A stretch of 53,736 nt of DNA, taken from the NCBI GenBank assembly GCA_029974275.1, contig JARKSN010000280.1, forward strand, positions 1 to 53,736, written 5' to 3'. Of the stretch, positions 18,388 through 27,490 are shown piece by piece (within the stretch, counting starts at the first letter, position 1; the number at the start of each line of letters is the position of its first letter). The position numbers and the translations under genes were made by a program. This stretch comes from Candidatus Hydrogenedentota bacterium. Lineage in GTDB: Bacteria > Hydrogenedentota > Hydrogenedentia > Hydrogenedentales > SLHB01. The notes under the pieces are model-generated. The model had not been told where the DNA came from. It worked only from the letters and a program-made list of their open reading frames with translations, and made no database searches.

Positions 18388-19875
18388 ATGAAAGAGGTTG
18401 CCATTGTAGGGGGCGGCGTGGGCGGTTTGAGCGCCGCCGTCGTCTGCGCGTCGCAGGGACATGCCGTCACGATTTTTGAAAAGGAGCCGCGTCTGGGCGG
18501 ATATGCCGTCTCGTTCATGCGGGAAGGCTACGCATTCGACGTGTCGCCGCGAATGGTTCCGGCGCTGGGTTCCGGCCACGAATTCAGCGCGTTGTTTGCC
18601 GAGTTGGGAATTCTCGATCGCGTGACGATAACGAGAATCGAGCAAGGCGTTCACGCGCGATTGGGCGCCTATTCGATTCGAATGGCCCCTTCGTACGCCG
18701 CCTTGTTTTCTCAACTCGCGGAGGCGTTTCCCGAGGAGCGCGAGGGGCTTGGGGCTCTTTTTCGAACCCTGGAGCGGTTGGGAAGCCTCTACGCGCGGGC
18801 GCTCGACGATTCGCTGAGCGCGTGGCGGACAATTCCGCCGTTTTTGCCCCGTTTGCCCGGCTTTCTTCGATACAGCTATATGTCCACGCGCCGTTTTCTG
18901 GAGCGATATGTCACGAACCGCCGCTTGACGGCGATACTGTTTCAGCCGGCTGTGTTTTGGGGCATTCCCGCGGATGAGCTGCCCGCGGTGAACTTCATCG
19001 TGTTTTATTTCATGGCATACGGCTACGGCATGTATACGTTTCCGGACGGGGGGCAGTCGGTCGTGGACGCCTTGATCGATCGGATGCGCGTTTTGGGCGT
19101 GCGGATCGAGACGCGGACCGCCATCGACGCCGTTCTCGTGGAGAAACGGCGCGTTGTGGGCGTGCGGACTGTGAACGGCGACACGCGTCCCTGTGCTGCG
19201 GTGATCGGCAACGTCAACGCTCCTTTCCTTATCCGCGATCTCATCGGCCCGGCGCATTTCCCGGCGTCCTATCTCCGGCGACTCGACAGCCTGCGCCCCT
19301 CGCTGTCGGTGTTGCAGTTGCACGTAGGGCTGGATTGTCCGGTCAGCGAAGCGGGCATCCGCGATCATTTCGTCATCATTTTTCCCGACGACGACGTCGA
19401 CGCATGCATCAAGCGGCAGCGCGCCTCGTTGTTGCCGCAAGCGTTCGCGGTGGAATCGCTTTCCGCCTGCGGCGACAACGTCTTGGGGAAGCGCCAATCG
19501 GTTTTGAGCGTCGTTGGGGGCGTGTCCGGGGCGCGATGGCTCGCGCTTTCGGAGGCGGAATACGCCATCGCCAAGGCGCGCGCGTCCGAAGATATGCTCG
19601 CCCATCTCGACAAGGTCTACCCCGGTCTGCGCGAACACATCCGCGTCTTCGATCTTGCAACGCCGCGCACGTTCGCGCGGTATACGGGGAATCCGGACGG
19701 CGCCATTTTGGGCTATCGCTGCATCTGCGGTTCCCACCGCAACATCATGAAGGCCAGTCGTCCGCCGATCAAAGGACTTTACCTGGCCAGCGGCTGGACC
19801 AAGCATCTGGGAGGCTTCCTGCAGAGCATGAAGGCCGGCGTTCTTGCCGCCCGCGCCGTCGCCCGCGCAAGATGA
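18388..19875 (+). CDS. FAD-dependent oxidoreductase, phytoene desaturase/retinol saturase family
   Basis: GGGVGG Rossmann motif, EKEPRLGG...REGYAFD, ATPRTFARYTGNPDGAILG, GLYLA. Confidence 0.88.
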   Translation: MKEVAIVGGGVGGLSAAVVCASQGHAVTIFEKEPRLGGYAVSFMREGYAFDVSPRMVPALGSGHEFSALFAELGILDRVTITRIEQGVHARLGAYSIRMAPSYAALFSQLAEAFPEEREGLGALFRTLERLGSLYARALDDSLSAWRTIPPFLPRLPGFLRYSYMSTRRFLERYVTNRRLTAILFQPAVFWGIPADELPAVNFIVFYFMAYGYGMYTFPDGGQSVVDALIDRMRVLGVRIETRTAIDAVLVEKRRVVGVRTVNGDTRPCAAVIGNVNAPFLIRDLIGPAHFPASYLRRLDSLRPSLSVLQLHVGLDCPVSEAGIRDHFVIIFPDDDVDACIKRQRASLLPQAFAVESLSACGDNVLGKRQSVLSVVGGVSGARWLALSEAEYAIAKARASEDMLAHLDKVYPGLREHIRVFDLATPRTFARYTGNPDGAILGYRCICGSHRNIMKASRPPIKGLYLASGWTKHLGGFLQSMKAGVLAARAVARAR

Positions 19876-19914
19876 CGCGCGCCGCCGGAGGTTTTTCTCA
19901 CGCGAAAGAGAGGC

Positions 19915-21423
19915 TTAGGCGGGGATCCGAGCGGCTCCGGTGGCAAGGTGCATGATTTTCTCCTGGGTCGCTGCGGCGCGATCGAGTTCGCCCGCCAAAC
20001 GGCCCTCGTGCATGACGAGAATGCGATCGCACATGCCGAGAACCTCGGGCAATTCACTCGATATCATGAGAATGCATACGCCTTGGCGCACGAGATCGTT
20101 CATGAGCTTGTAGATTTCAACCTTGGCGCCGACGTCAATGCCGCGGGTCGGCTCGTCGAAAAGGAGGACGCGCGACTGCGTGAACAGCCATTTGGCGAGC
20201 ACGACTTTCTGTTGATTGCCGCCGCTGAGGTTTTGGGTGATCTGTTCGGAAGAGGGCGTCTTGATGCGCAGGTCCTGGATGTAGCCGTTCGCCGTGTCGC
20301 GTTCCCGGCGGCGATCGACAAATCCGAGCAGACGCGTCAACGCGCCGAGGTTGGCGAGGGTCATGTTCTCCCGCACGGTCATGCCCAGCACGAGACCTTG
20401 CTGTTTGCGGTCTTCGGTGAGCAGGCCAATGCCCTGCCGGATCGCGTCCTGCGGCGATCGCACCCTGATCGGCTTGCCTTCGAGGAAAATGCGTCCTCCG
20501 TCGATGCGATCCGCCCCGAACAGCGCGCGCGCGACCTCCGTGCGCCCTGCGCCCACGAGACCTGTCAGGCCGACGATCTCGCCTTTGTGCAGGCTGAAGG
20601 AGACGTCTTTGAACGCGCCGTTCCGGGTGAGATGTTCGATGCGCAGGCGTTCGGCTCCTCGCGCAAAGGTTTCCTTCGGGAATTCATTCTTGAGCGTGCG
20701 CCCGACCATCATGCCGATGATCAGGTCGCGGGTGAGTTCCGACACCGGTTTGGTGGCGATGTATTCGCCGTCGCGCATGACGGTTACGCGATCGCCGATT
20801 TCGAAGACTTCTTCGAGCCGGTGCGAGATGTAGATCATGCCGATGCCGTCGCGTTTCAACTCGCGGATGAGCGAGAACAGCGCTTCGAGTTCGTGGTCGG
20901 TCAATGTCGCCGACGGCTCGTCCATCACGATGATTTTCGAGTTGAACGAGAGCGCCTTGGCGATTTCGACCATTTGCTGTTGTGCGACGCTGCATTCGTT
21001 GACCGGTCGGCGCACGTCGATGTCCATGCGGATGCGCGCCAGCAATGCGCGTGCGTCTTGGTGCATTTTCGCCCAATCGATGAACGGCGTTTTGCCGATG
21101 CGCGGCTCGCGGCCCAAGAAGATGTTCTCCGCGACGCTGAGAAACGGACTCAGGTTGAACTCTTGATAGATCATGCTCACGCCGAGCTGCTGTGCGTGGT
21201 GGGGCGATGCGATATGAACCGGAGCGCCGCCGAGGCGAATCTCTCCGGAATCCATCGGCTGCGCGCCCGCGAGTATTTTCATTAATGTCGATTTGCCTGC
21301 GCCGTTTTCGCCCAGCAGGCAATGGACTTCGCCCGGTTTCAGATCGAGTTGCACGCGGTTCAGGGCCAGCACGCCCGGAAAACGTTTCACCACATCGCGC
21401 ATCTCGAGTGCGAACTCGCTCAT
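19915..21423 (-). CDS. sugar ABC transporter ATP-binding protein (RbsA/MglA family, two NBDs)
   Basis: [33 protein letters not shown]. Confidence 0.93.
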   Translation of the reverse strand: MSEFALEMRDVVKRFPGVLALNRVQLDLKPGEVHCLLGENGAGKSTLMKILAGAQPMDSGEIRLGGAPVHIASPHHAQQLGVSMIYQEFNLSPFLSVAENIFLGREPRIGKTPFIDWAKMHQDARALLARIRMDIDVRRPVNECSVAQQQMVEIAKALSFNSKIIVMDEPSATLTDHELEALFSLIRELKRDGIGMIYISHRLEEVFEIGDRVTVMRDGEYIATKPVSELTRDLIIGMMVGRTLKNEFPKETFARGAERLRIEHLTRNGAFKDVSFSLHKGEIVGLTGLVGAGRTEVARALFGADRIDGGRIFLEGKPIRVRSPQDAIRQGIGLLTEDRKQQGLVLGMTVRENMTLANLGALTRLLGFVDRRRERDTANGYIQDLRIKTPSSEQITQNLSGGNQQKVVLAKWLFTQSRVLLFDEPTRGIDVGAKVEIYKLMNDLVRQGVCILMISSELPEVLGMCDRILVMHEGRLAGELDRAAATQEKIMHLATGAARIPA

Positions 21424-21470
21424 TGGAAACACCTCGCTGGGACTGTTTCCGATACTGTACCGGACGCGCG

Positions 21471-21932
21471 TCATGCTCGCAACCGCCGTGCGCGCATCTG
21501 GTCTTGCTTGGCATCTTCGCGCGCCCGGGTTAGATCGCGTACGGCTTCTTGCTCAGGCGTGGGCGGGTGGACTTCGGTGAGCATTCCAGCCTTGAGCAGT
21601 TGGGCCAATTTGCGGGCATCGCGCCGATCCGTTTTCACTCGCTCGCCCGGCTTGACCGGAATCAACGAGGGCGCCACCACTTGGCAGGCAACACCCAAAC
21701 CATCCAGTGTCCGCTTGAGCGCATATCCGCACGGTCCGGCTTCATAGGCGGCCACCAAGCTGCCCTTCGACAGTTCCTTGAGTTTGTTGGCCAACCGCTC
21801 GAGCGCTCCCGGCTCATGGGCAATCTGACATTCAAAAGCGATTTCATTAGAACGCGGCATCATGACGGCGACATTGATGGTGGCTTTGTGCGCATCGAGC
21901 CCCACATATGCGATACTCTCATTGATGGACAT
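21471..21932 (-). pseudogene. IS110 transposase fragment (DEDD RuvC-like domain only, ~153 aa)
   Basis: [36 protein letters not shown], then stop; the C-terminal Tnp domain is missing. Confidence 0.88.
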
Positions 21933-22035
21933 GACCGACTCCTTTCGCATGTAGCTCTGGGCTACTGTTCGCTCCGAATGTACATAGCCTAACCTACGCA
22001 TATGCCATTCGGAGCCGGTCGGTCCATTCTGTCTA
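21933..22035 (-). ncRNA. candidate IS110 bridge-RNA-like non-coding end
   Basis: Outer stem GACCGGCTCC/GGAGTCGGTC; inner inverted repeats GCTCCGAATG/CATTCGGAGC and GTAGC/GCTAC; lies directly upstream of the transposase ATG. Confidence 0.6.
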
Positions 22036-22081
22036 CGAAGAGCAGAGAACGCTGGCGTTCGTGACGGTGGGCTTGCTGCTT

Positions 22082-22279
22082 TCACTCGTGTTCGACGGCT
22101 TGCAGGATTTGTTTCACGAGTTTGGGGTGCAGGTCTTTTCCGGCGTGGAAGGGGACGACGCAGCGTTGCGTTCCTTTGCCGTAAACCCGGTGACTTCCCC
22201 GTGTGCGGAGTAGTGTAAACCCCGCGTCGAGCAGGAGACGCTCGGCGTCGGCGGGAGTTAGGCGAGGCGCCTTAGGCAA
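22082..22279 (-). CDS. hicA: HicA family mRNA interferase toxin
   Basis: GFTLLRTRGSHRVY, VVPFH, DLHPKLVKQIL; TTG start overlapping the hicB end. Confidence 0.85.
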   Translation of the reverse strand: MPKAPRLTPADAERLLLDAGFTLLRTRGSHRVYGKGTQRCVVPFHAGKDLHPKLVKQILQAVEHE

Positions 22280-22496
22280 GCGCCACCTCCAGCGATAGGC
22301 TGATGATTTCTTTGCTGAGCAGGTCGCGGCGTTCGTCTTCGTCGAGGGTTTCGAGGTAGAGGACGGCGGCCTCGCGGATGTTGGCGAGGGCCTCTTCGAA
22401 GGTGTCGCCCTGCGTGTGGCAGCCGGGTAAGTCGGGGCAGTAGGCGAAGAACCCGTGCTCGTCTTGTTCGATAACGACGTTAATCTTTCCCGACAT
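22272..22496 (-). CDS. hicB: HicB family antitoxin (short form, no DNA-binding domain)
   Basis: CPDLPGCHTQGDTFEEALANIREA motif. Confidence 0.9.
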   Translation of the reverse strand: MSGKINVVIEQDEHGFFAYCPDLPGCHTQGDTFEEALANIREAAVLYLETLDEDERRDLLSKEIISLSLEVALA

Positions 22497-22675
22497 GGGC
22501 AGCTTCCTTTTTGTGCAGACTCTGTCGACCTGTCACCATTATACCCCAAGCGTTTTTGAAGGTCACACGAATGCGTAGTCGGTGCGATGGTTGTCTTTCG
22601 TTGTGTCTCGTTGTGGAAATCCGGAGTTGAACCACAACGGGCACGACGAGTCACGACGTTTGGAAGGGAAGGACT

Positions 22676-22748
22676 TCTCTGCGATCTTTGCGTCCTCTGC
22701 GCCTCTGCGTTGAAGAATCTTAACGCAGAGCCGCGGAGAACGCTGAGA
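22676..22748. repeat. palindromic CTCTGCG/CGCAGAG short-repeat element
   Basis: Tandem CTCTGCG units inverted around CTCTGCGTT-gaagaatctt-AACGCAGAG. Confidence 0.65.
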
Positions 22749-22762
22749 AAAGAAGAGAAGAA

Positions 22763-22875
22763 CCGCCCGGCACGGAGACCGGGCGCTGCAAAACGAAAAT
22801 CGTGCGCCAAACGGAAAATCGGGACGTATATGGGGCCGTAAAGTCCGAATGGCTCAAATTGTAATGCAATGGCCC
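22763..22875. repeat. ~115-bp dispersed element, copy 2
   Basis: Direct-orientation match to 24-139. Confidence 0.85.
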
Positions 22876-23044
22876 TGCGGGCCGTCGCGGCAAGCGGCGC
22901 CGGCGTTGCGAAATACGTGAAAGGGCGCGGGCCATAGCAGGCGCATTGTTACGCAGAACCGGGGAAGGCCCCCTCGCCTCGGCTTTTTGATTGCGATACC
23001 TGGCGTGGCAAGGCAACGGGGAAGACTCGCGAAACCGGAACGCC

Positions 23045-23506
23045 CTATGTCGGAGGCGCGACCTCGTTCTGCAATTTGGCGTAGCGCGTGTTGGTTTCCC
23101 GGAGACGGTGGCTCAGGGTGCCGATGATGTTCAGAAGGATTTGGATGGACACGCGTTTGGTGAGAAGTCTTTGAAAGGTCGTCTCGCTGAGCATGAACAG
23201 ATGGCAGTCCTCGGCCGCTACGGCGGTCGCGCTGCGAGGCTCGTTGTTAATCAAGGCCATTTCGCCGAACATGTCGCCCGTCCGCAGCAACGCCAACGGT
23301 TTTTGCCCCTCGTATAGGGCGACGCTGCCGCCCAGGACGACGTACATCGTATTTCCCGTTGCGCCTTGATAGAAAACGACTTGTCCCTTGCCCATGCGCA
23401 ACGTATTGCCGTGTGCGAATATCTTCGACACGTCGTCCGGACTGAGGCTTCGGAACAACGGCACAGTCCGCGCCAATACCTGCGCTTGACTCGCGCTGAA
23501 CGACAT
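23045..23506 (-). CDS. stand-alone cyclic-nucleotide-binding domain protein
   Basis: VPLFRSL, MYVVLGGSV, GDMFGEMALINNEPRSAT; no HTH. Confidence 0.9.
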   Translation of the reverse strand: MSFSASQAQVLARTVPLFRSLSPDDVSKIFAHGNTLRMGKGQVVFYQGATGNTMYVVLGGSVALYEGQKPLALLRTGDMFGEMALINNEPRSATAVAAEDCHLFMLSETTFQRLLTKRVSIQILLNIIGTLSHRLRETNTRYAKLQNEVAPPT

Positions 23507-23549
23507 CTTCGCGTCTCCCCATAGTCAATAGTCATGCATTGCCGTATGT

Positions 23550-23578
23550 AGGGTACTTCGCAACTCCAACTATGTCAA
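23550..23578 (-). promoter_or_regulatory. sigma70 promoter for the cNMP-binding gene
   Basis: TTGACA-17 nt-TACCCT. Confidence 0.55.
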
Positions 23579-23816
23579 CATGCCCTCCCGCGCTTTTATT
23601 CAGGGAGGGATTCGTGGCACAATCTCCTGCATTCGGCTGGAACCTGCGATGCGGGTTGCTTCTTCCAGAAGTCCCTGCGCGTCCGGGCGGGCGTTGCGTT
23701 GGGTGCGCGATGGGGGGCCGGCATGCGCATACGAATGTATATATGTTAAAGCGCAACAAGAGGTTGTGGCCTCTTGGCGACGCGGAGGAAGACCCTCAAG
23801 AGGAGTGTTTTTTGCC

Positions 23817-25733
23817 ATGATGAACGTGTATCTGCCCGACGGTTCGGCGCGTGAGATGCAGGACGGCGCGACAGCCTTGGAGTTGGCGGAACAGATCGGC
23901 CGCCGTTTGGCCAAGGATGCCGTGGGCGCGATGATCAACGACGAGGTGCGCGACCTTGCCACGCCGTTGAAGGAGGGAGATCGCGTCGCGATCCTGACGT
24001 TTGCCACGCGCGAAGGCCAAGACGTGTTTCGCCACAGCGCGTCGCACGTGATGGCGACCGCGATCATGCGCGTGTTTCCCGAGACGAAACTGGCCATCGG
24101 CCCGAGCATCGAGGACGGTTTTTATTACGACATCGACGCGCCGCGCCCGTTGACGGAGGAAGACTTTGCCGCCGTTGAGGCGGAGATGGCGAAGATCGTG
24201 GCCGCGGACGTGCCGTTCGTGCGACGCGACGCGCCGAAAGCGGAGGCGGAAAGGTTCTTTTCGGAACGCGGCGAGACGTACAAACTGGAACTCATCCGCG
24301 ATCTGAGCGACGGCACGATCACCTTCTACGAAAACGGCGAGTTCACGGATCTCTGTCGCGGGCCGCATCTGCCGTCGACCGGCCGCATCAAGGCCTTCAA
24401 GCTGCTGAGCGTGGCCGGCGCCTATTGGCGCGGCGACGAGAAACGCCCGATGCTGCAACGCATCTACGGAACGGCCTTTCCGAGCCAGAAGGAACTCGAC
24501 GAATACCTGCGCCTGCGCGCCGAAGCGGAGAAACGCGACCACCGCAAACTGGGCAAACAACTCGACCTTTTCAGTTTTCACGAGGCAGGGCCGGGGTTTC
24601 CGTTCTTTCACCCGAAGGGCATGGTCGTGTTGAACACCCTGCTGGATTTTTGGCGCGCGGAACATCGCAAACGCGGCTACGGCGAACTGCGCACGCCGAT
24701 CATCCTCGACCGGGGCCTGTGGGAGCAGTCGGGGCATTGGGACCATTACCGCGAGAACATGTACTTCACGAAAATCGACGAGCGCGATTTCGCGGTGAAG
24801 CCGATGAACTGCCCCGGCGGCATGCTGGTGTTCAAGTCGGGCCTGCACAGCTACCGTGAATTGCCGTTGCGTTTCGCCGAGCTGGGCACCGTGCATCGCC
24901 ACGAGAAATCGGGCGTGTTGCACGGTCTCACGCGCGTGCGCATGTTCACGCAGGACGACGCGCACATCTTCATGACGCCCGACCAGATTCAGGACGAGGT
25001 GATGGGCGTGATCGATTTCGTCGATTACGTGTATTCGATGCTGGGTCTGGAGTACGCCGTCGAATTGAGCACGCGCCCGGAAAAGTCCATCGGCAGCGAC
25101 GAGATGTGGGAGCGCGCGACGGCGGCTCTGCGGCAGTCGCTCGAGGCCAAGGGGATGGTCTTCAAAGTCAACGAAGGCGACGGCGCGTTTTACGGGCCGA
25201 AGATCGATTTCCACGTGCGCGACTGCCTGAAACGCTCGTGGCAATGCGCGACGATTCAGCTCGACTTCGCGATGCCCGAGAAATTCGACCTCGAATACAT
25301 GGGCCCCGACGGCGAGCGGCATCGTCCCGTGATGATCCACCGCGTGATCTACGGCGCGATCGAACGTTTCTTCGGTATTCTCATCGAGCACTTCGCGGGC
25401 GCGTTTCCGTTGTGGCTCGCGCCGGTGCAGGTGATGGTCATTCCCGTGGCCGACGCCTACGCGGACTATGCGAAGTCCGTGCGCGACAGACTGCTCGCGG
25501 CGGGGTTTCGCGCGGAGGCCGACCTCGGTTCCGATACGATGAAATACAAAATTCGCAACGCCCAAACGCACCAGATTCCCTACATGGCCGTGGTCGGGGA
25601 ACGCGAACAAGAGAACGGGGCCGTCGCCGTCCGTCACCGGCGTCTTGCCGATCTCGGCGCGATGTCCTTCGACGCGTTTCAGGCAAAACTCGCGGACGAA
25701 GTTGCGACGAAGGCCTTGGAACCGCAACCGTGA
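23817..25733 (+). CDS. thrS: threonine--tRNA ligase
   Basis: TGS domain, HSASHVMA, DLCRGPH, RDHRKLG, KPMNCP, FYGPKID, HFAGAFPLWLAP. Confidence 0.98.
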   Translation: MMNVYLPDGSAREMQDGATALELAEQIGRRLAKDAVGAMINDEVRDLATPLKEGDRVAILTFATREGQDVFRHSASHVMATAIMRVFPETKLAIGPSIEDGFYYDIDAPRPLTEEDFAAVEAEMAKIVAADVPFVRRDAPKAEAERFFSERGETYKLELIRDLSDGTITFYENGEFTDLCRGPHLPSTGRIKAFKLLSVAGAYWRGDEKRPMLQRIYGTAFPSQKELDEYLRLRAEAEKRDHRKLGKQLDLFSFHEAGPGFPFFHPKGMVVLNTLLDFWRAEHRKRGYGELRTPIILDRGLWEQSGHWDHYRENMYFTKIDERDFAVKPMNCPGGMLVFKSGLHSYRELPLRFAELGTVHRHEKSGVLHGLTRVRMFTQDDAHIFMTPDQIQDEVMGVIDFVDYVYSMLGLEYAVELSTRPEKSIGSDEMWERATAALRQSLEAKGMVFKVNEGDGAFYGPKIDFHVRDCLKRSWQCATIQLDFAMPEKFDLEYMGPDGERHRPVMIHRVIYGAIERFFGILIEHFAGAFPLWLAPVQVMVIPVADAYADYAKSVRDRLLAAGFRAEADLGSDTMKYKIRNAQTHQIPYMAVVGEREQENGAVAVRHRRLADLGAMSFDAFQAKLADEVATKALEPQP

Positions 25734-25862
25734 ACGGACGGCTATCGGGTTGGGGCATTGGATGCTCGGTCTTTGGCCGGGGCGTTCTCCGGGGAGCGTT
25801 CGAGCGAGCCGCGCAACATCTGCGAAGCGATCGGAAAGCCATCGTGCAGTCTTGAGGAAACC

Positions 25863-27419
25863 GTGCGTCAGTCTCACCTAATTTTGTCGAACGCCGCGAT
25901 TATGTGGGCAATGCAGATTCTGCAACTGGCGCCTCAGTTGATCCTGGTCCCCTACTTGATTGGCTCCCTCGGAGAATCCGGTTACGGCATCTATGCGCTC
26001 GTCTGGTCACTGATGACGTCGATCGAGCAACTTCAAACCTCGTTGCAGCAAGGCGTCGTCAAATACAGCGCCGGGTTTCTCTCACAAGGACGCGTAGACG
26101 ACGTCAACAAGGTGGTCGGTTCGAGCCTTGTGTACTCGTTGCTGTTGGGCGCCGTGGCCAGCGCGGGCATCCTAACCGCCGCTGCCGCCTACCGCGACCC
26201 GTCCGGTCAGATTGGCCCCGCGTTGGCTATCATTGGGGTCATGCTTTTGTTTGTTTTCCCCTTGACTCCTTACGTCGCGGTAATTCAGTCGAAGCAATGC
26301 TTCTATATCGGCGCGCTTGCCGACACCGTGGCGAAATATGGCGGCCTCTTTCTCGTCATGGCTTGGTTTCACGGGTTCCAACCTTCTGTCAGGGCATCAA
26401 TCGCCATCATGGCAGGCATGTTGCTTTGTTCTCGACTTGTTCAGCTCCCTATGGCATATCGCTTGGTGCCTGGTCTGCGCAGCCGATTCTCCTTGTTTGA
26501 CTGGAAGATGTTTCGGCTCATCGCTTTTTTCGGCGCGGCGACCGTTTTTGCTTCGGCATGCGTCGTCATGAATTTCACGGGCTCTCGTTGGGTCATGAAT
26601 GCGCTTGTTTCGCCGCGATTTGTCGCTCATCTCTCGATCATCCTCATGCCGGTCCTGCTTCTATGGCAGACGATCGCGGCCGTTACAACAATCGTCATGC
26701 CTGCCACAAGCGCGTATGAAGCCTCCGGCAATACGCATATGCTGAGAGAATTGCTGATCTGCGGCATGCGCTACGTCATGATCGTGACGCTGGCCGGGCT
26801 TTTTGCCGCAAGTTTGTTGATGCAAGACATATTGTCCATTTGGGTTGGCAAGGAATACCGATTCCTGGCCCCCTACTCGATTGCATTGTTGGCAAGCGCC
26901 GCTTTCATGTTGAGTACATTCACGTGTCAGCATATGTTGAAGGGGTTGGGCAAACTGCGGACGGTTGCAATCATATACCTCTGGGGGTTTGTTTTGGCGC
27001 CATTCAGTTTGTTGATCGCTCTCTCGCTCGCGGGAGTGGATCCGTATATCGCCGTCACGGCGGGTTTGGCCGCCGGACATATAACCTACGGGTTACTCCA
27101 GGTGAATGCTGGAGCCAAAGCGGTTCGCGTCAGCGCCTGCGAGATTTGGAGACGCGCCTACGGCCAACCTCTCGCCATTGCTGCAGGCGTGGCCGCAGCG
27201 ACTTTTGGCGTGGCGGTTGTCGGCAGTTCCATTCGCGCATTGAATGGCGAGGCCGGCCGGATGCTTCTTGCATTTGCATCGGTGTCCGCCTTTCTGTATG
27301 GATGCTATTGGTTGATAGCCACTCCGCGCGAGCGTCAACAGTTTCACGGGGCAATGCGCCTATTGCTTGCCAAATTCCGCGCGGTTTTGGGGAAAAGAAC
27401 TACAATCGGGACGCCATGA
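25863..27419 (+). CDS. oligosaccharide flippase (Wzx/MOP family)
   Basis: Many TM segments; LGESGYGIYALVWS signature; start uncertain. Confidence 0.8.
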   Translation: MRQSHLILSNAAIMWAMQILQLAPQLILVPYLIGSLGESGYGIYALVWSLMTSIEQLQTSLQQGVVKYSAGFLSQGRVDDVNKVVGSSLVYSLLLGAVASAGILTAAAAYRDPSGQIGPALAIIGVMLLFVFPLTPYVAVIQSKQCFYIGALADTVAKYGGLFLVMAWFHGFQPSVRASIAIMAGMLLCSRLVQLPMAYRLVPGLRSRFSLFDWKMFRLIAFFGAATVFASACVVMNFTGSRWVMNALVSPRFVAHLSIILMPVLLLWQTIAAVTTIVMPATSAYEASGNTHMLRELLICGMRYVMIVTLAGLFAASLLMQDILSIWVGKEYRFLAPYSIALLASAAFMLSTFTCQHMLKGLGKLRTVAIIYLWGFVLAPFSLLIALSLAGVDPYIAVTAGLAAGHITYGLLQVNAGAKAVRVSACEIWRRAYGQPLAIAAGVAAATFGVAVVGSSIRALNGEAGRMLLAFASVSAFLYGCYWLIATPRERQQFHGAMRLLLAKFRAVLGKRTTIGTP

Positions 27420-27490
27420 AGAGGGCATAATCTCGTCGTGAAATTGCGGCGGGGGCGCGGGCATTTGCCGCTGCAGGAGCCGAACAACAA

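Larger units (their letters stand above)
21471..22035 (-). mobile_element. truncated IS110-family element (left end plus 5' part of transposase)
   Basis: Transposase N-terminus plus a structured upstream non-coding end starting TAGACAGAATGG. Confidence 0.85.

Noticed and set aside
10128..22500. KS cluster as an island integrated at tRNA-Asp
   Set aside because: The cluster lies on the 5' side of the tRNA, and no integrase or att duplication was found.
22280..22810. 242-aa ORF as a long HicA fusion
   Set aside because: The upstream part runs through hicB in another frame and through non-coding repeats; only the last 65 codons are HicA-like.
23796..25877. Long antisense ORFs (693 aa opposite thrS; likewise 2972-4522, 34186-36000, 40995-42776, 43768-45396)
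   Set aside because: Shadow ORFs expected from high-GC codon bias opposite well-supported genes; no protein motifs.
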